64,000 nucleotides of DNA from Octopus vulgaris (taxonomy: Eukaryota): NCBI GenBank assembly GCA_951406725.2, contig OX597831.1, positions 23,002,001 to 23,066,000 on the forward strand. The letters run 5' to 3'. The position numbers were made by a program, and so were the translations under genes. Positions 24,130-36,540 of the stretch are shown here, piece by piece. The stretch's first letter is position 1. Each line of letters opens with the position of its first letter. The notes under the pieces are model-generated. The model made no database searches and was not told the origin of the DNA. It saw only the letters and a program-made list of their open reading frames with translations.

Positions 24130-24742
24130 CATAACACTTGGAACTTCATAAGGGTTTGCACATAACCATCTGTCATCTGTTAACTTTTTGATCTTGGTTG
24201 AAATTCTTCTTGTTGGAGAAAAAACAAATCAAGCCTTCTTCTGCTATGTTTTTCATTTGTTTAAGAGCATTTGAGATCTGATGTAGTGATCATCTTTTGC
24301 GTTTTCTGACAAATTGACCTTTCCCCATCACATAAGATTAATGTCTGATGTCTTTATCAACAACATTTCTGAATCTTTCTTCCTGACACGTGGAGATCTT
24401 TTGCAAGTGACCTCATGGTCTGGCTCAATAAATTCAGTTGTACTGATAATGTCAGAGCATTTAAAATGTTTTTTATGCTTTGATGCTGATGATACATTTC
24501 CATCTTCAGTCTCTAACTCCTTACAAACTTTGTATTAGAATGATCTGGCAACTTTTAAAAATCAGGATATTTCTAATTCCCTATGTTCAGCTTTTATAAC
24601 CACAATAGCAGCATGCCTTTTCATTTCTTGAGTGAACTGAGGGTCTGCCATTATTATTTTCTGAAACAAAGATTATACAGAGTTAGCAAAAAATGCAGCA
24701 ATGACCCCAAAAAGCATATCCTCAAATACCTTATGCACCCTG
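24130..24742 (-). mobile_element. maT/DD37D-like transposon relic, 5' part
   Basis: TIR start TA-CAGGGTG; homologous to 61062-61707; CFFSNKKNFNQDQKV (degenerate FFSDEK). Confidence 0.75.
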
Positions 24743-24754
24743 TACATATATATA

Positions 24755-24965
24755 TAAAGTTAATCCAAACAAGAAAGCACAAAAAAACACAACAACGCAA
24801 GGACGTGGAACAAATATAGTATTATTGGACGCTCAGGAAAGAAGGAAAGAAGGAGGGTTTAACGTTTCGAGCGGAGCTCTTCGTCGGAAACATAGGAGAA
24901 GGAAAGATCCAGAGAAGGGAAGACAGAGGAAAAAAAATCGCCAACGCTACACACACAGTCACATA
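24755..24965 (-). mobile_element. Penelope-type terminal fragment between TA tracts with hammerhead-like motif (24857-24891)
   Basis: gttt-CCGACGA-A-GAGC(tcc)GCTC-GAAA-CG-TT-aaac; downstream sequence resembles the 8508 family. Confidence 0.6.
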
Positions 24966-25303
24966 TATATATGCACGTATATATACGTGTGTATGTATGT
25001 ATGTATGTATGTATGTATGTATATATATGTATGTGTGTATGTATATATATGTATGTGTGTATGTATATATATGTATGTGTGTATGTATATATATGTATGC
25101 TTCCGAACAAAGCATTAGATGAGTAGAGAAAAGGAGATGCCAAAGGATTAAATGACTATCTTATCAACTTCATTAGCCTACAACTGTTTCCGCTACGGGA
25201 CGCAACGTACTGTTAGTTGAATGCCTGAGTAACACCTTACAGCTTCATTGAAGCCTTAATATGAACTGCACTTCATCATCTCATTTTCTTATATATATAT
25301 ATA

Positions 25304-25610
25304 TATATTAAACTATGGTTGCAGAACAAACAAATATAAGGTCATCCACGTAACATTTCATATCTCGAACATTTAATCACATAATGCTTTTTCTTTCACA
25401 TAGAACATACATATATAAAATCATAGAAGATGAAACACAACTCATCAGTACAAGCATATAAGAAAAATATAAGAAAAATGTGTGAATGCAGTTCATCGCG
25501 GTTAAAAGTTAACGATTAATACTTTTGCGACTAAAAAATATATATATGAGATATGAAATGTTACATGGATGACCTTGTATTTGTTTGTTCTGCAACCATA
25601 GTTTAATATA
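25304..25610. repeat. 63-bp inverted repeat (25304-25366 vs 25548-25610), each arm next to (TA)n
   Basis: AAACTATGGTTGCAGAACAAACAAAT vs ATTTGTTTGTTCTGCAACCATAGTTT. Confidence 0.85.
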
Positions 25611-26244
25611 TTTGTCTCATTTAATTTAGCACTTCTATAGCAGTCCTATTAAACATTTTGTTCCTGATAAATAACAATCACTGTATTATTGTTGTAAGTT
25701 TCAAGACACACCATATTTCCTGGTATTACAGGTCAAATTCAACAGACTAATAGCTCTATGTAAAATGCAGCAGGATTTGGAAAGATAATGATGTTTGAAT
25801 GTTTGCAACACATGTTTACGCTATATTCTACAGTTACCTTTATGTTGGAAGGCATGTGGTCAGCATACATACATGAAGATAGCTAACTGACAATCTGGAT
25901 AAGCAGCCTGGATTTTTTCAGAAAAAGACGTCAACCTGTAAATTTGCACATTATAAACACAATCTCTAAGTGGAACAGTAAAGAATATACTACATCGCTT
26001 TTTTCAAGACTAAAACAGGACATTGTTTTCATTATCTACATCCCAACAATGGTGCTTTGTATCTTTGTTAGAAACCAAACGAAGAATTTTAATAATAAAA
26101 AAAACAAAAGAGAACACACACAGACACACACACACAAACACACATGCATATGCACATGTACGTATGTATATTATTATTCTTGGGGAAGGTCATTTCTTAT
26201 CAATAATCTTACATACACAATATATATTTGTTCCTCAAATCAGC

Positions 26245-26303
<59 letters not shown>

Positions 26304-26322
26304 CATTATTATAATTATTATT

Positions 26323-26530
26323 GCAGTGAGCTGGCAGAATTGGTAGCACACCAGACAAAATGCATAGTGGCGTTTCATCTGTCTTTATGTTCTGAGTTCA
26401 AACTCCACCAAGGTTAACTTTGCCTTTATCCTTCCATGGTCAGCAAAATAAGTATGATTCGAATTCTGGGGTTGATATCATCTAGTCACCTCCCAGACAA
26501 TTTCAGGCCTTGTGCCTTTGATAGAAAGGA
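26323..26530 (+). mobile_element. SINE family B
   Basis: GAGCTGGCAGAA..TTCTGAGTTCAAA..ACTTTGCCTTT. Confidence 0.75.
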
Positions 26531-26694
26531 TTATTATGTACATAATTCCTCATCTCTTAAATATAGAAGTGATCCACTTGTAGTTACATTTTGAAATATA
26601 TATATGACAGGCTTCTTTCAGTTTCCATCTACCAAAACCATTCATGAGGCTTTGGGTGGCTTGAGGCTATAGTAGAAGACATTAGCTTACACTT

Positions 26695-26990
26695 ATTGTC
26701 TAAAACCCTATATACTGCATTAATATTCCTTGCACTCTCTGCTGTATTGTTGCCTTTGTTCAACTCAGAAAGCAAAATATGCTGAATATGCTCTTTTGTC
26801 ACTGCCATTATAGCTTTTAAAAAATAAGTGGTAAAATAGAACTGCACTCTTCAAAACTTACACTAAGAATAAAGACAAGGTGAAATGACTACCTGCTTTT
26901 ATAGCAAGTTGATGTAGGTAGTTTATCCTGTCCCCCTCCAACTTTTAGTTTATGCAATTGAAAAAAATACATTATTTATGGTTGACCCAA
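26695..26990 (-). mobile_element. mariner relic, 5' part
   Basis: TA-TTGGGTCAAC TIR; MAVTKEHIQHILLSELNKGNNTAESARNINAVY is a Mos1/Hsmar1-type HTH. Confidence 0.75.
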
Positions 26991-27079
26991 TACATATATA
27001 TAAACATATATACAAACACAGACACATACACTCATGCACATACATACACAAATCTCATATATATATATATATATATATA

Positions 27080-27440
27080 ACTTAGATAACTTAGATATGT
27101 TTCGACCAAAGATTGGTCCAGGCCATGTCTAACTTAATAGCACCACCTGATAGGATTAATCCTGTTTAAGTCAAGTTTTGTTCAAGTAGTGAGTTCTTGT
27201 TGGGTGAGTTGTATCAAGTTTTGTTCAAGTAGTGAGTTCTTGTTGGGTGAGTTGTATCCAATTATGGGTGGCTTATCTGGTATTCTTTGAAGGAATCTAT
27301 CCAGACTCCGTTTAAAGTTGATGGGATCCTTTTCCTCTTTGATCTCCCTCGGAACAATGTTAAATAGGGCAGGGCCTGTTGAGGAAAAGAAATTATGTTG
27401 CAGTGTACATGTATGTTGTGATCTTGAATTGGGCAGGGGA
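27080..27440 (-). mobile_element. CR1/L2-group LINE 3' end
   Basis: GPALFNIVPREIKEEKDPINFKRSLDRFLQRIPDKP..NSLLE; 3' stem-loop and short tandem tail; 43-bp tandem duplication at 27171/27214. Confidence 0.7.
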
Positions 27441-27750
27441 CGTATATATATATGTACTTATAGAAAACATATGATCAGTTATGCCTACATATACAATACA
27501 TGCATATACACATGCACATATGGGCAACAGCAAGAAAGATAGAGAGAGAGGGAGAAAAACTATCATGCCTGCAAAAACTTAACTCATTAAGTACACATGC
27601 ACTTTCGTATATATCAAACACGAATGCAGAAATCATGTGACTACAACGACCAATAGCATTGCGCTATACTATCAAAGTAACACAACAGATTGCCTCCAGT
27701 GTTGTCTTATGAATCTAAATATGTAGATGGAACAATAGATCTTACATCAC

Positions 27751-27793
27751 ATTGCCTGAAGAGCCCATATTATGTGAAACTAGTAGTCGTAAT
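27751..27793 (+). ncRNA. minimal type-I hammerhead motif, intact core
   Basis: attgc-CTGAAGA-gcccatattatgt-GAAA-CTAGTAG-TC-gtaat; helix I pairs, helix II imperfect; degenerate inverted copy at 27891-27952. Confidence 0.65.
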
Positions 27794-28091
27794 ATAAAAC
27801 GGAGTATACAGTTATTAATAAGTAATATATATACAAATATATACAAATATATTCTCTAATATGTAGATACATTTTTTGTATGTCTATGTATTATATTACA
27901 GCTAGTTTCACCATAATGTACACACTTCAGGCAATGTGATGTAAGATCTATTATTGCAACTACGTAAGCTATTTCTGATGTGTATATATATACACACACA
28001 CAAATGTGTGTGAGTGTGTATGTGAGTATATCACACACACACACACACACGCACATATATGTATATATATATATACATACATACATACATT

Positions 28092-28136
<45 letters not shown>

Positions 28137-28142
<6 letters not shown>

Positions 28143-28651
28143 TTAGAATGATAACCTAGTCAGAATATTGGATGATGATATATATTTTTATTTACATTCT
28201 ATTTACACTTTAAGCACTTTCTTCTGTTATTGGATTTATCAAAAAGTGGTTTAAAGCTGGATTTCTTGGTCTCTTTATATATATGAAATTTGTTGGGTTT
28301 GCCAAGCAAGAGAAAAGAAAGAAGAAAAACGTTTGAGGAGTGGGAGGTAAATTCTTTTCCGCTCCCCACCCTAAAAAGTCACTAAGCATTAAATATGTCT
28401 GACCATACTAATACAAAAGCCACGCCTCTATACCCCCACTCCTTCTCAAACTTTTTTCGTCTTTCTTCTCCCCTGCTTGGCAAACTTCACAATTTTTATA
28501 TATATATATATAAAAAGGCCAAGAAATCTAACTTCAAACCACTTTCTGGAAAATCCAATAACAGAAGAAAGCGCTAAAAGTGTAAATTAAATGTAAATAA
28601 AAATATATACAATCATCCAACACTCTGACTACCTTATTATTCTAAATATAC
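28137..28651. repeat. diverged inverted repeat of about 210 bp next to (TA)n
   Basis: CTTTCTTCTGTTATTGGATTT vs AAATCCAATAACAGAAGAAAG etc.; arms 28137-28344 and 28435-28651. Confidence 0.85.
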
Positions 28652-28705
28652 AATATTTGTACATCACATCAAAATCTCTCTTTCTCTCTATACCATGATA
28701 GATCG

Positions 28706-28875
28706 TTAGCTACAACACACTATTTTTCTCTCCTTGTTTTTTCTGTGTACCTTTCTGTAGAAGAGCGTAGGCTCGAAACGTAAAAGACTTTTTCTATTCC
28801 TGAGCGCTATACTAATACATCTGTTTTTTTGTACACTACCTGCCTTTGCCTTTTGTTTATTTTCGTAAACTTTCC

Positions 28876-28878
<3 letters not shown>
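28706..28878 (+). mobile_element. Penelope-type terminal fragment with variant hammerhead (28751-28786), ending in (TA)n
   Basis: cttt-CTGTAGA-A-GAGC(gtag)GCTC-GAAA-CG-TA-aaag; homologous to 8508-8657. Confidence 0.7.
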
Positions 28879-28916
<38 letters not shown>

Positions 28917-29002
28917 GTATATATGTATGTATATATATATATATACATACATACATGCACACATACATATGTATACACACACATATATATACATATATGT
29001 GC

Positions 29003-29076
<74 letters not shown>

Positions 29077-29463
29077 TTATGTATATATATATCGTTGTTG
29101 TTATATAAAAGTATCTTAAGTCCAAAACATTGCAAAACGTAAGTCCACAATAACAACAACATATGTTTAGAGAGAGAGAGTGAGAAGATGTACACACAAA
29201 TATACATACATATAAAGATAGGTATATGTATAGCTAGATATGTGTATACATAAATATATACACACACACATACATAATGCATATATATAAATATATATAT
29301 ATATACATATTAAAATAAAGGTAACAAATCTCATTAAGGGATAATAAAGTCCAGTAAAAATACTGGCTAGTTACCTATTTAAAAAGTGTTGAATATTACA
29401 GTTAACATTCAACAGTGAAGTAACTAGATAAACCAAGGTTTATATATATATCAAGAAAATAAG

Positions 29464-29707
29464 AAAATAGAGTATAATTAATAAATATTTATTAACTAAA
29501 AAATTAGACATCATCTCTGACAGCTGTTTCAATTCCAGACCTTTATAAACTAATTACCATAATTAAAACCATTTAAAAGTTGAAATTCGAATTTTAAATG
29601 GTTTTAATTATGGTAATTAATTTATAAAGGTCTGGAATCGAAACAGCTGTCAGAAATGATGTCTAATTTTTTCGTTAATAAATAATTATTAATTATCACT
29701 TTATTTT
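29464..29707. repeat. near-perfect foldback carrying hammerhead 3' half-motifs
   Basis: Arms about 29474-29578 and 29592-29696; GAAACAGCTGTC on both strands. Confidence 0.85.
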
Positions 29708-30638
29708 AGTATCTTCCTATATATGTATAGATATACATACGCACGTTTTAAGTTTTTTGACAAAGTGGTGCAAGGGAAGTTATGGGTCTTGTGCAATTAG
29801 TATGATTTGAACTTATATTCATGTCAAATGGGCTATCATCTACCACTCTTGCTAACACCAAAATCCCGCCTCACTTTCACAGCCATGATGCTTCCCTACA
29901 TATTTGTATATGTGTGTATGTGCATATAAGGAAAGAAGGGAAGAAACAAACCTAGAAAGGAAGAAAGAGAAAAATTGTATCAAAAACGTTCAGTACGAAA
30001 CCCTTAAGGAACGTGATAATATGATAAGCGTAAATAATTTGCTATAAAGTACCAGTTAATTCATAAACTATGAATCTATTTGAGAAATGCTTTTCATTCT
30101 AAACAGTATATTCTTTCTTTTCCTCATTAATCAACGGCTTTAATTATCAAATACTTAACCTAAGTTCACGCCGTGTGTCCATTTCTTTTTCATTACGTAT
30201 CTTACTTTTATTTTACTCTGGAGAGATTTTTATAACCAATTACAACCAAGTAAACATTTTCAAAGACTGGCTTAGCCAATTGTTTTGGTTTGTTTTCAGC
30301 AATGTTCTCACTTTGCTATGCTGTACACACAATTATAAAGTTGTATATAATTATTCCCCAAAGATTTCGTTATTAGACGAAAAGATGGTTGAGATGATCT
30401 TCCTTAGCACTCTAAACCAACAACTCTATTGCTTCTGTCTCTCTTTTGTTTGGAGCTAGACAAAGAGAAAGAGATAGGGACAGAGAGAGGAGAGATACAG
30501 AGAAAGGGTAGTGAAAGAAAGACTGACAAAAGCTTGGCTTCATTCTTTTCAAGTTGATAAAATAAATATTAGTGTCACAGGGAAATGATACAATCGTAAG
30601 AAAAGTGTACAAATTTTGAACAGTTTTCTTATATTAGT

Positions 30639-30801
30639 GGTGCAGGAGTGGCTGTGTGGTAAGTAGCTTGCTTACCAGCCACGTGGTTCCAGGTTCAGTC
30701 ACACTGCATAGCACCTTGGGCAAGTGTCTTCTACTATAGCCTCAGGCCGACCAAAGCCTTGTGAGTGGATTTGTTAGAAGGAAACTGAAAGAAGCCTGTT
30801 G

Positions 30802-30848
<47 letters not shown>

Positions 30849-31070
30849 TGTGTGTGTGTGTGTTTGCCCCCCCCCCCAACATCGCTTGACAACCGATGCT
30901 GGTGTGTTTACGTCCCCGTAACTTAGTGGTTTGGCAAAAGAGACCAATAGAATAAGTAGTAGGCTTACAAAGAATAAGTCCTGGGGTCGATTTCCTCGAC
31001 TAAATGCGGTGCTCCAGCATGGCCACAGTCAAATGACTGAAACAAGTAAAAGAGTAAAAAGAGTAAGAGT
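30639..31070 (+). mobile_element. SINE family A, full length
   Basis: Colinear with other copies. Confidence 0.9.
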
Positions 31071-31709
31071 AAAATGCTTGTAGTATTTATCTATGGCTTA
31101 TGGTTTCTGAGTTCAAATTTCACTGAGGTCAGATTGGTTTCTTTCACTTTTGTGGGGCCAAGAAAATTAGGTAACATTTAATTACTTGAATGGGATTTGT
31201 TTAACATTCAAAACAATACATGCGGTTGACTTAGCCTTTCATCTTTTTGGAGTCAATAAATTAAGAACCCATTGAACACTGGGGTTGATATAAGCAACTT
31301 ATCCCTTCCTCCAAAATTGCCGGCCTTGTGCAAAAATTTGAAACCAATATTTAATATAATTCGCACAGGATAGATGTATTTATCAGGGTCAACTTTAGGT
31401 TTGAGAACATTGGACAGTTGCCCATGGGCCTCACAGGATCAGGGGCCTAATTTTGACTTATGTATGTTGTAGCTTGCTGTCAATACTATAGGGCCCAGGG
31501 TATTAATTTGGCCTGGGGCCTCATGGGTCTAGGAGCTCATTTCTAATCTCTGTATGCTGTGGTTTACTATCAACAAATAAATACAGTAAGTAAATATTAT
31601 GGTCCTGCTTGTCATTGAGCAAAATCACAAATTGATGGTTACCCCATCTGGTGGTGGGCTGCTCTTTATTATAACTGTCCCTGTAATTCTCAGCTGGCAT
31701 CATGGAAAA

Positions 31710-31980
31710 TCTATTATATAAAATCCGTTCTGTCTGTGTGTGTGTGTCTTCTAGGACTCAGGCATCCTCCATCTGATTACACTCAAATTTGATATGTAGA
31801 TACCGACGGTATCAGGGCGTGTATAAGTCTTGAAAAAATTACAAAAATCGATTCCAGGTGAGAATGAGATCGATAAAGCCATTTTTGTCGTGCTTTTCTT
31901 CCGTCAACCTGTATAGAAGTGCACCTTCCATTTTTTGTTGTATTTGTACAGCTTAAAGGTTTCTTTCCTGCCAAGCTTAC
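31710..31980 (+). mobile_element. non-autonomous Helitron-like element, 5' part
   Basis: A|TCTATTATATAAAA start followed by a GTCTGT/TG microsatellite, typical of such elements; 3' end not seen. Confidence 0.4.
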
Positions 31981-32624
31981 TGTTTAAACCATGTTTGTGT
32001 TCTCCCAGTCAACAACCTTATCATTACTGGTACTTTAAACTTTTCAGTTGCATATTTGTGTGAATAAAATCGTTTTTCTTTGGAATAGAAAAAAATGTCT
32101 ATCTTTATTTCTTCTTTTGCTGGTGTCTCAAATTTAGGTTAAATCAGTGTTTCTCAAAGGGGAGGCCTATGGGACGACTGGATAAGTCGTTTTGAAAAAA
32201 ATTGGTTTAAATGTTTGACAACTCAGCACCGTCCATTGGACGGGGAGGGGCAGGGCGTTTTGCTCATTCATGATAATTTTCAAGGGTAGTTTCTCCAAAA
32301 AAAACGTGTGTTTTCCATATATAAGAGAGATAAACAGCAATAGGGATTCAAAGAAACAAGCAGTACTCATAGTGTCTCTGCTGGATGAACAGATTTCAAG
32401 AAGACAGTAGTTGAGTTCAGGGTATAGAATTAATGTCACTGTTCTGTTTAATATTCAGGAAACGCAATGCTGAAGGGTGTAGAATAATTAATCTCATTCA
32501 GAAGTGAGAGATAAACACATGGAATAAATATTTTATTACTCACTTCTGAATTAATCCGTTAGCATTCAGATTACACCGTCTGGTCTAATGCTTATTTATT
32601 AATATCATACTCTCTCTCTCTCTC

Positions 32625-32850
32625 TCTTTACTCTTTTACTTGCTTCAGTCATTTGACTGTGGCCATGCTGGAGCACCACCTTTAGTCGAGCAAATCGACG
32701 TCAGGACTTATTCTTTGTAAGCCTGGTATTAATTCTGTCGGTCTCTTTTGCCGAACCACTAAGTTACGGGGACGTAAGCACACCAGCATCGGTTGTCAAG
32801 CGATGTTGAGGAACGAACACAAACACACAAACATATACACACCTACATAC

Positions 32851-32883
<33 letters not shown>

Positions 32884-33064
32884 CATATATACACACATAT
32901 ACGACGGGCTTCTTCCAGTTTCCGTCTACCAAATCCACTCACAAGGCTTTGGTCGGCCCGAGGCTATAGTAGAAGACACTTGCCCAAGGTGCCACGCAGT
33001 GGGACTGAACCCAGAACCATGTGGTTTGTAAGCAAGCTACTTACCACACAGCCACTCCTATGCC
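32625..33064 (-). mobile_element. SINE family A, full length
   Basis: Reverse-complement match. Confidence 0.9.
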
Positions 33065-33127
33065 TCGAATTAATTATGCATTATCTCATAGCTTTGACAT
33101 TTTGATGACATAGTTGCAGGCATATCT

Positions 33128-33276
33128 ATGTGGGAAGGAGTTTGCTTCCTAACCGTATGGCTTTGAGTTCAGCTTTACTGTGTGGTACCTTCTTGGGTAA
33201 GCATCTGATACTATAGTCTTTAGGCCAGCCAAAGACTTGTGAGTGGATTTGGTTGATGGAAACTGAAAGAAGCCTG

Positions 33277-33312
<36 letters not shown>

Positions 33313-33528
33313 GTCTGTGTTTGTTCCCCACCGGTGCTTAACAACGTGCTTATATGTTTAGTCCCAGTAGCTTAGCAGTACAGCAAATGGAGAGTGATAG
33401 AATAACTACCAGTCTAAAGAATTAAAAAATCAAAAAACAGTTGGGTCAATTCAGTCAACTAAAAATGTCTTCAATGTGCTGCCCCAGCATGGCCAATATC
33501 TAATGACAGAAAAAAAGTAAAAAGATAA
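33128..33528 (+). mobile_element. SINE family A, diverged
   Basis: Colinear but more mutated. Confidence 0.75.
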
Positions 33529-33884
33529 GATATATAATTGTTTTATTTTTAGAATGTCATTGTAGGGTAGGTGTAAGAGGCTGGATCTGGTTGGTTTGAA
33601 CATGAGACAACGGAGAATATCTGGACAGGATATGCTAAATGGTTAACATATTAGATATGTGTGAGTGTATGTTTATTCATGTAGAATGGGTGCTATAGCT
33701 AACGAATCTATGATGTATATGTTACATATTTTTAGTCCTATAATTTTGTGGTTCAGCAAACAGTGATTGATAAAATAAATGCCAGATTGAAATCAATGCC
33801 AAAGCTGAGATGAACAATTAAAACCACTTAACGAGGTACTCCATCATGGCGATAGCCCAATAACTGAAAGTACATGGAGGCAAT

Positions 33885-34537
33885 GACTAGTGACTGGGAC
33901 CTTTGGAAATATGCTGTGGTTGAGAAAACTCGGCAAGCTCAAGTCAGACCATAACCTCGTGGCCTATGCCAGGGATGTAACCACCCCACTTATGTGTACC
34001 TTTCCTTCATTGGACACTAAACTCGGTTTGCGAAGACCTGTTGAGGCAAGTGAAATCGAAATTGAAATCAAATTCAATGACTGGCATCCGTGCTAGTGGA
34101 GCACTAAGAGTATCATACGAGCGTGATCGTTGCCAGAGCAACAAGCTGGCCTCAATGCCAGTGGTATGTAAAAAATATCATTTGAGTGTGATCATTACCT
34201 GCATCACCTTCCTTCCACTTGTGCTGGTGGCACATGAAAAAACATTTGAGCAAGGTTGTTGCCAGTGTCGCTGGACTGGCTCCTGTGCAGGTGGCACATA
34301 AAAAGCACCATTTGAGCATGGCCATTGCCAGTACTGCCCGACTTGCCCTCGTGCTGGTGGCACATAAACGCACCCACTACACTCTCAGAGTGGTTGGCGT
34401 TAGGAAGGGCATCCAGCTGTAGAAACTCTGCCAGATCAGAAAGGAGTCTGGTGCAGCCATCTGGTTCACCAGACCTCAGTCAAACTGTCCAACCCATGCT
34501 AGCATGGAAAGCGGACGTTAAATGATGATGATGATGA
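33885..34537 (+). mobile_element. family C element with internal tandem units and (GAT)n tail
   Basis: Homologous to 19850-20480 and 47805-48136. Confidence 0.85.
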
Positions 34538-34689
34538 TTTCATCCATGACCATCAACCCTCTTTTTAAATTTTAGCAGCCATAGTGTGATAATGTAGATA
34601 TAATTTTAGAGACAATTGGCTGCATTCTCAAGCAGGATGAATGGTGATGTTGAAGCTCTCTCACCTAACAGGATAGGGTAATGACCTCC

Positions 34690-35018
34690 TTCAGGTATGG
34701 GTGACCAGGGGTTCGTACCTAGGAATTTCCCTTCTAAGGCACAAGTTCAGGCATGGTTGATCATGGAAGACCAGCAGTCGGCCGTGCGTTCCAGCCTCTC
34801 CTCTCCATACCACCAACGTTATCCCAAGAAAAAAGCAAAGGCCGATAGAACTTGGCATCAGTGACATTGCAACTCATTTCTACAACTGAGTAAACTGAAG
34901 CAATGTGAAATAAAGTGTCTTGCTCAAGAACTCAACACACAACCCAGTCCAGGAATCAAACTCACTACCTCATGATTGTGAGCCCAACGCTCTAACCACT
35001 GAGCCATGCGCCTTCACA
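34690..35018 (-). mobile_element. SINE family D
   Basis: Reverse strand GTGAAGGCGCATGGCTCAGTGGTTAGAGCG..GAGTTTGATTCC; homologous to 57645-57928. Confidence 0.8.
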
Positions 35019-35459
35019 TATATGGCATATGTAATGTAGTATACTATATGTAATGTAGTATGACTTGCTTTATTATTAGGGTGATGCATTGCAGTATAGC
35101 ATGTAGTACCTGAGGTACTGTGTGTCATAGTGTATGTTGTAGTATAGCCTAGTGTTGTATAATATTAGTACAGCATATGTAGTAGTGTTGAGGTATGCTA
35201 TAGTATGTGGTACATAGTGGCACAGTATGGTATAGTAGAGGCAGTAGTGTAGTGATGTGGTATAGCGTGTGTGGCAGTGATATACAATGCCAAATAATGT
35301 GTGTTGTGGGTTGTGTTTTTTTAATAAGATGGTAGACTTTTTAATGCCCTAACAGACATCTGGTTTCTGTCTCTGTCTATCTGTCTCTCTCTTTCATGCT
35401 TTCACTGTCTGTTTCTCTGTCTGTCCATCTGTCTATCTACCTACCTCTCTCTTTCTCTC

Positions 35460-35465
35460 TGCCTT

Positions 35466-35508
<43 letters not shown>

Positions 35509-35613
35509 GCCTGTCTGTGTATCTGTCTGTCTGTCTTACTATTTATCTATCTCTTTTTCTCTCTCTATCCATTTATCTCTCTCCCTCTCTCTCTATATAT
35601 ATATATCTGTCAG

Positions 35614-35681
<68 letters not shown>

Positions 35682-35810
35682 ATCTATCTATCTGTCTGTC
35701 TGTCTGTGTATCTGTCTGTCTGTCTGTCTTACTATTTATTTATCTCTTTTTCTCTCTCTATCCATTTATCCCTCCCCCCCTCTCTCTCTATATATATATA
35801 TATCTGTCTT

Positions 35811-35865
<55 letters not shown>

Positions 35866-35940
35866 GCCTGTTTGTCAGTCTGTGCATCTGTCTGTCTGTC
35901 TTACTATTTATCTATCTCTTTTTCTCTCTCTATCCATTTA

Positions 35941-35976
<36 letters not shown>

Positions 35977-36008
35977 TGTTTCTCTCTCTCTCTCTATATA
36001 TATATATA

Positions 36009-36080
<72 letters not shown>

Positions 36081-36178
36081 ATCTATCTATCTGTCTGTCT
36101 GTCTGTGTATCTGTCTGTCTGTCTGTCTTACTATTTATCTATCTCTTTTTCTCTCTCTATCCATTTATCTCTCTCCCC

Positions 36179-36214
<36 letters not shown>

Positions 36215-36221
36215 CTGTCTT

Positions 36222-36265
<44 letters not shown>

Positions 36266-36418
36266 CCTGCCTGTTTGTCAGTCTGTGTATCTGTCTGTCT
36301 GTCTTATGATTTATCTATCTCTTTTTCTCTCTCTATCTATTTATCTCTCTCTCTCTCTCTGTCTGTCTCTCTCTCTATATATATATATCTGTCTATCTAT
36401 CTATCCATCTATCTATCC

Positions 36419-36496
<78 letters not shown>

Positions 36497-36540
36497 AGTT
36501 CTCTCTCTCTCTCTCTCTCTCTCTCTATTTATCTATAGCT
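35460..36540. repeat. higher-order compound microsatellite (TCTA/TCTG/TC/TA), units of about 170-230 bp
   Basis: Marker GTCTTA(C/T) block at 35533, 35726, 35898, 36125, 36301. Confidence 0.9.

Larger units (their letters stand above)
32551..33646. mobile_element. piggyBac-type MITE interrupted by two family A SINEs
   Basis: TTAA-TCCGTTAGCAT ... ATGCTAAATGG-TTAA degenerate TIRs. Confidence 0.55.

Noticed and set aside
27090-27135. GACCAA-TCT-TTGGTC-GAAAC stem as a hammerhead
   Set aside because: No CUGANGA box; it sits in the 3' UTR of a CR1/L2-group LINE and is better explained as its terminal stem-loop
31384-32250. hAT-like starts (CAGGGTCAACTTTAGG at about 31384; CAGTGTTTCTCAAA at about 32145)
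   Set aside because: Only one terminus is recognisable for each; no matching TIR or 8-bp TSD found
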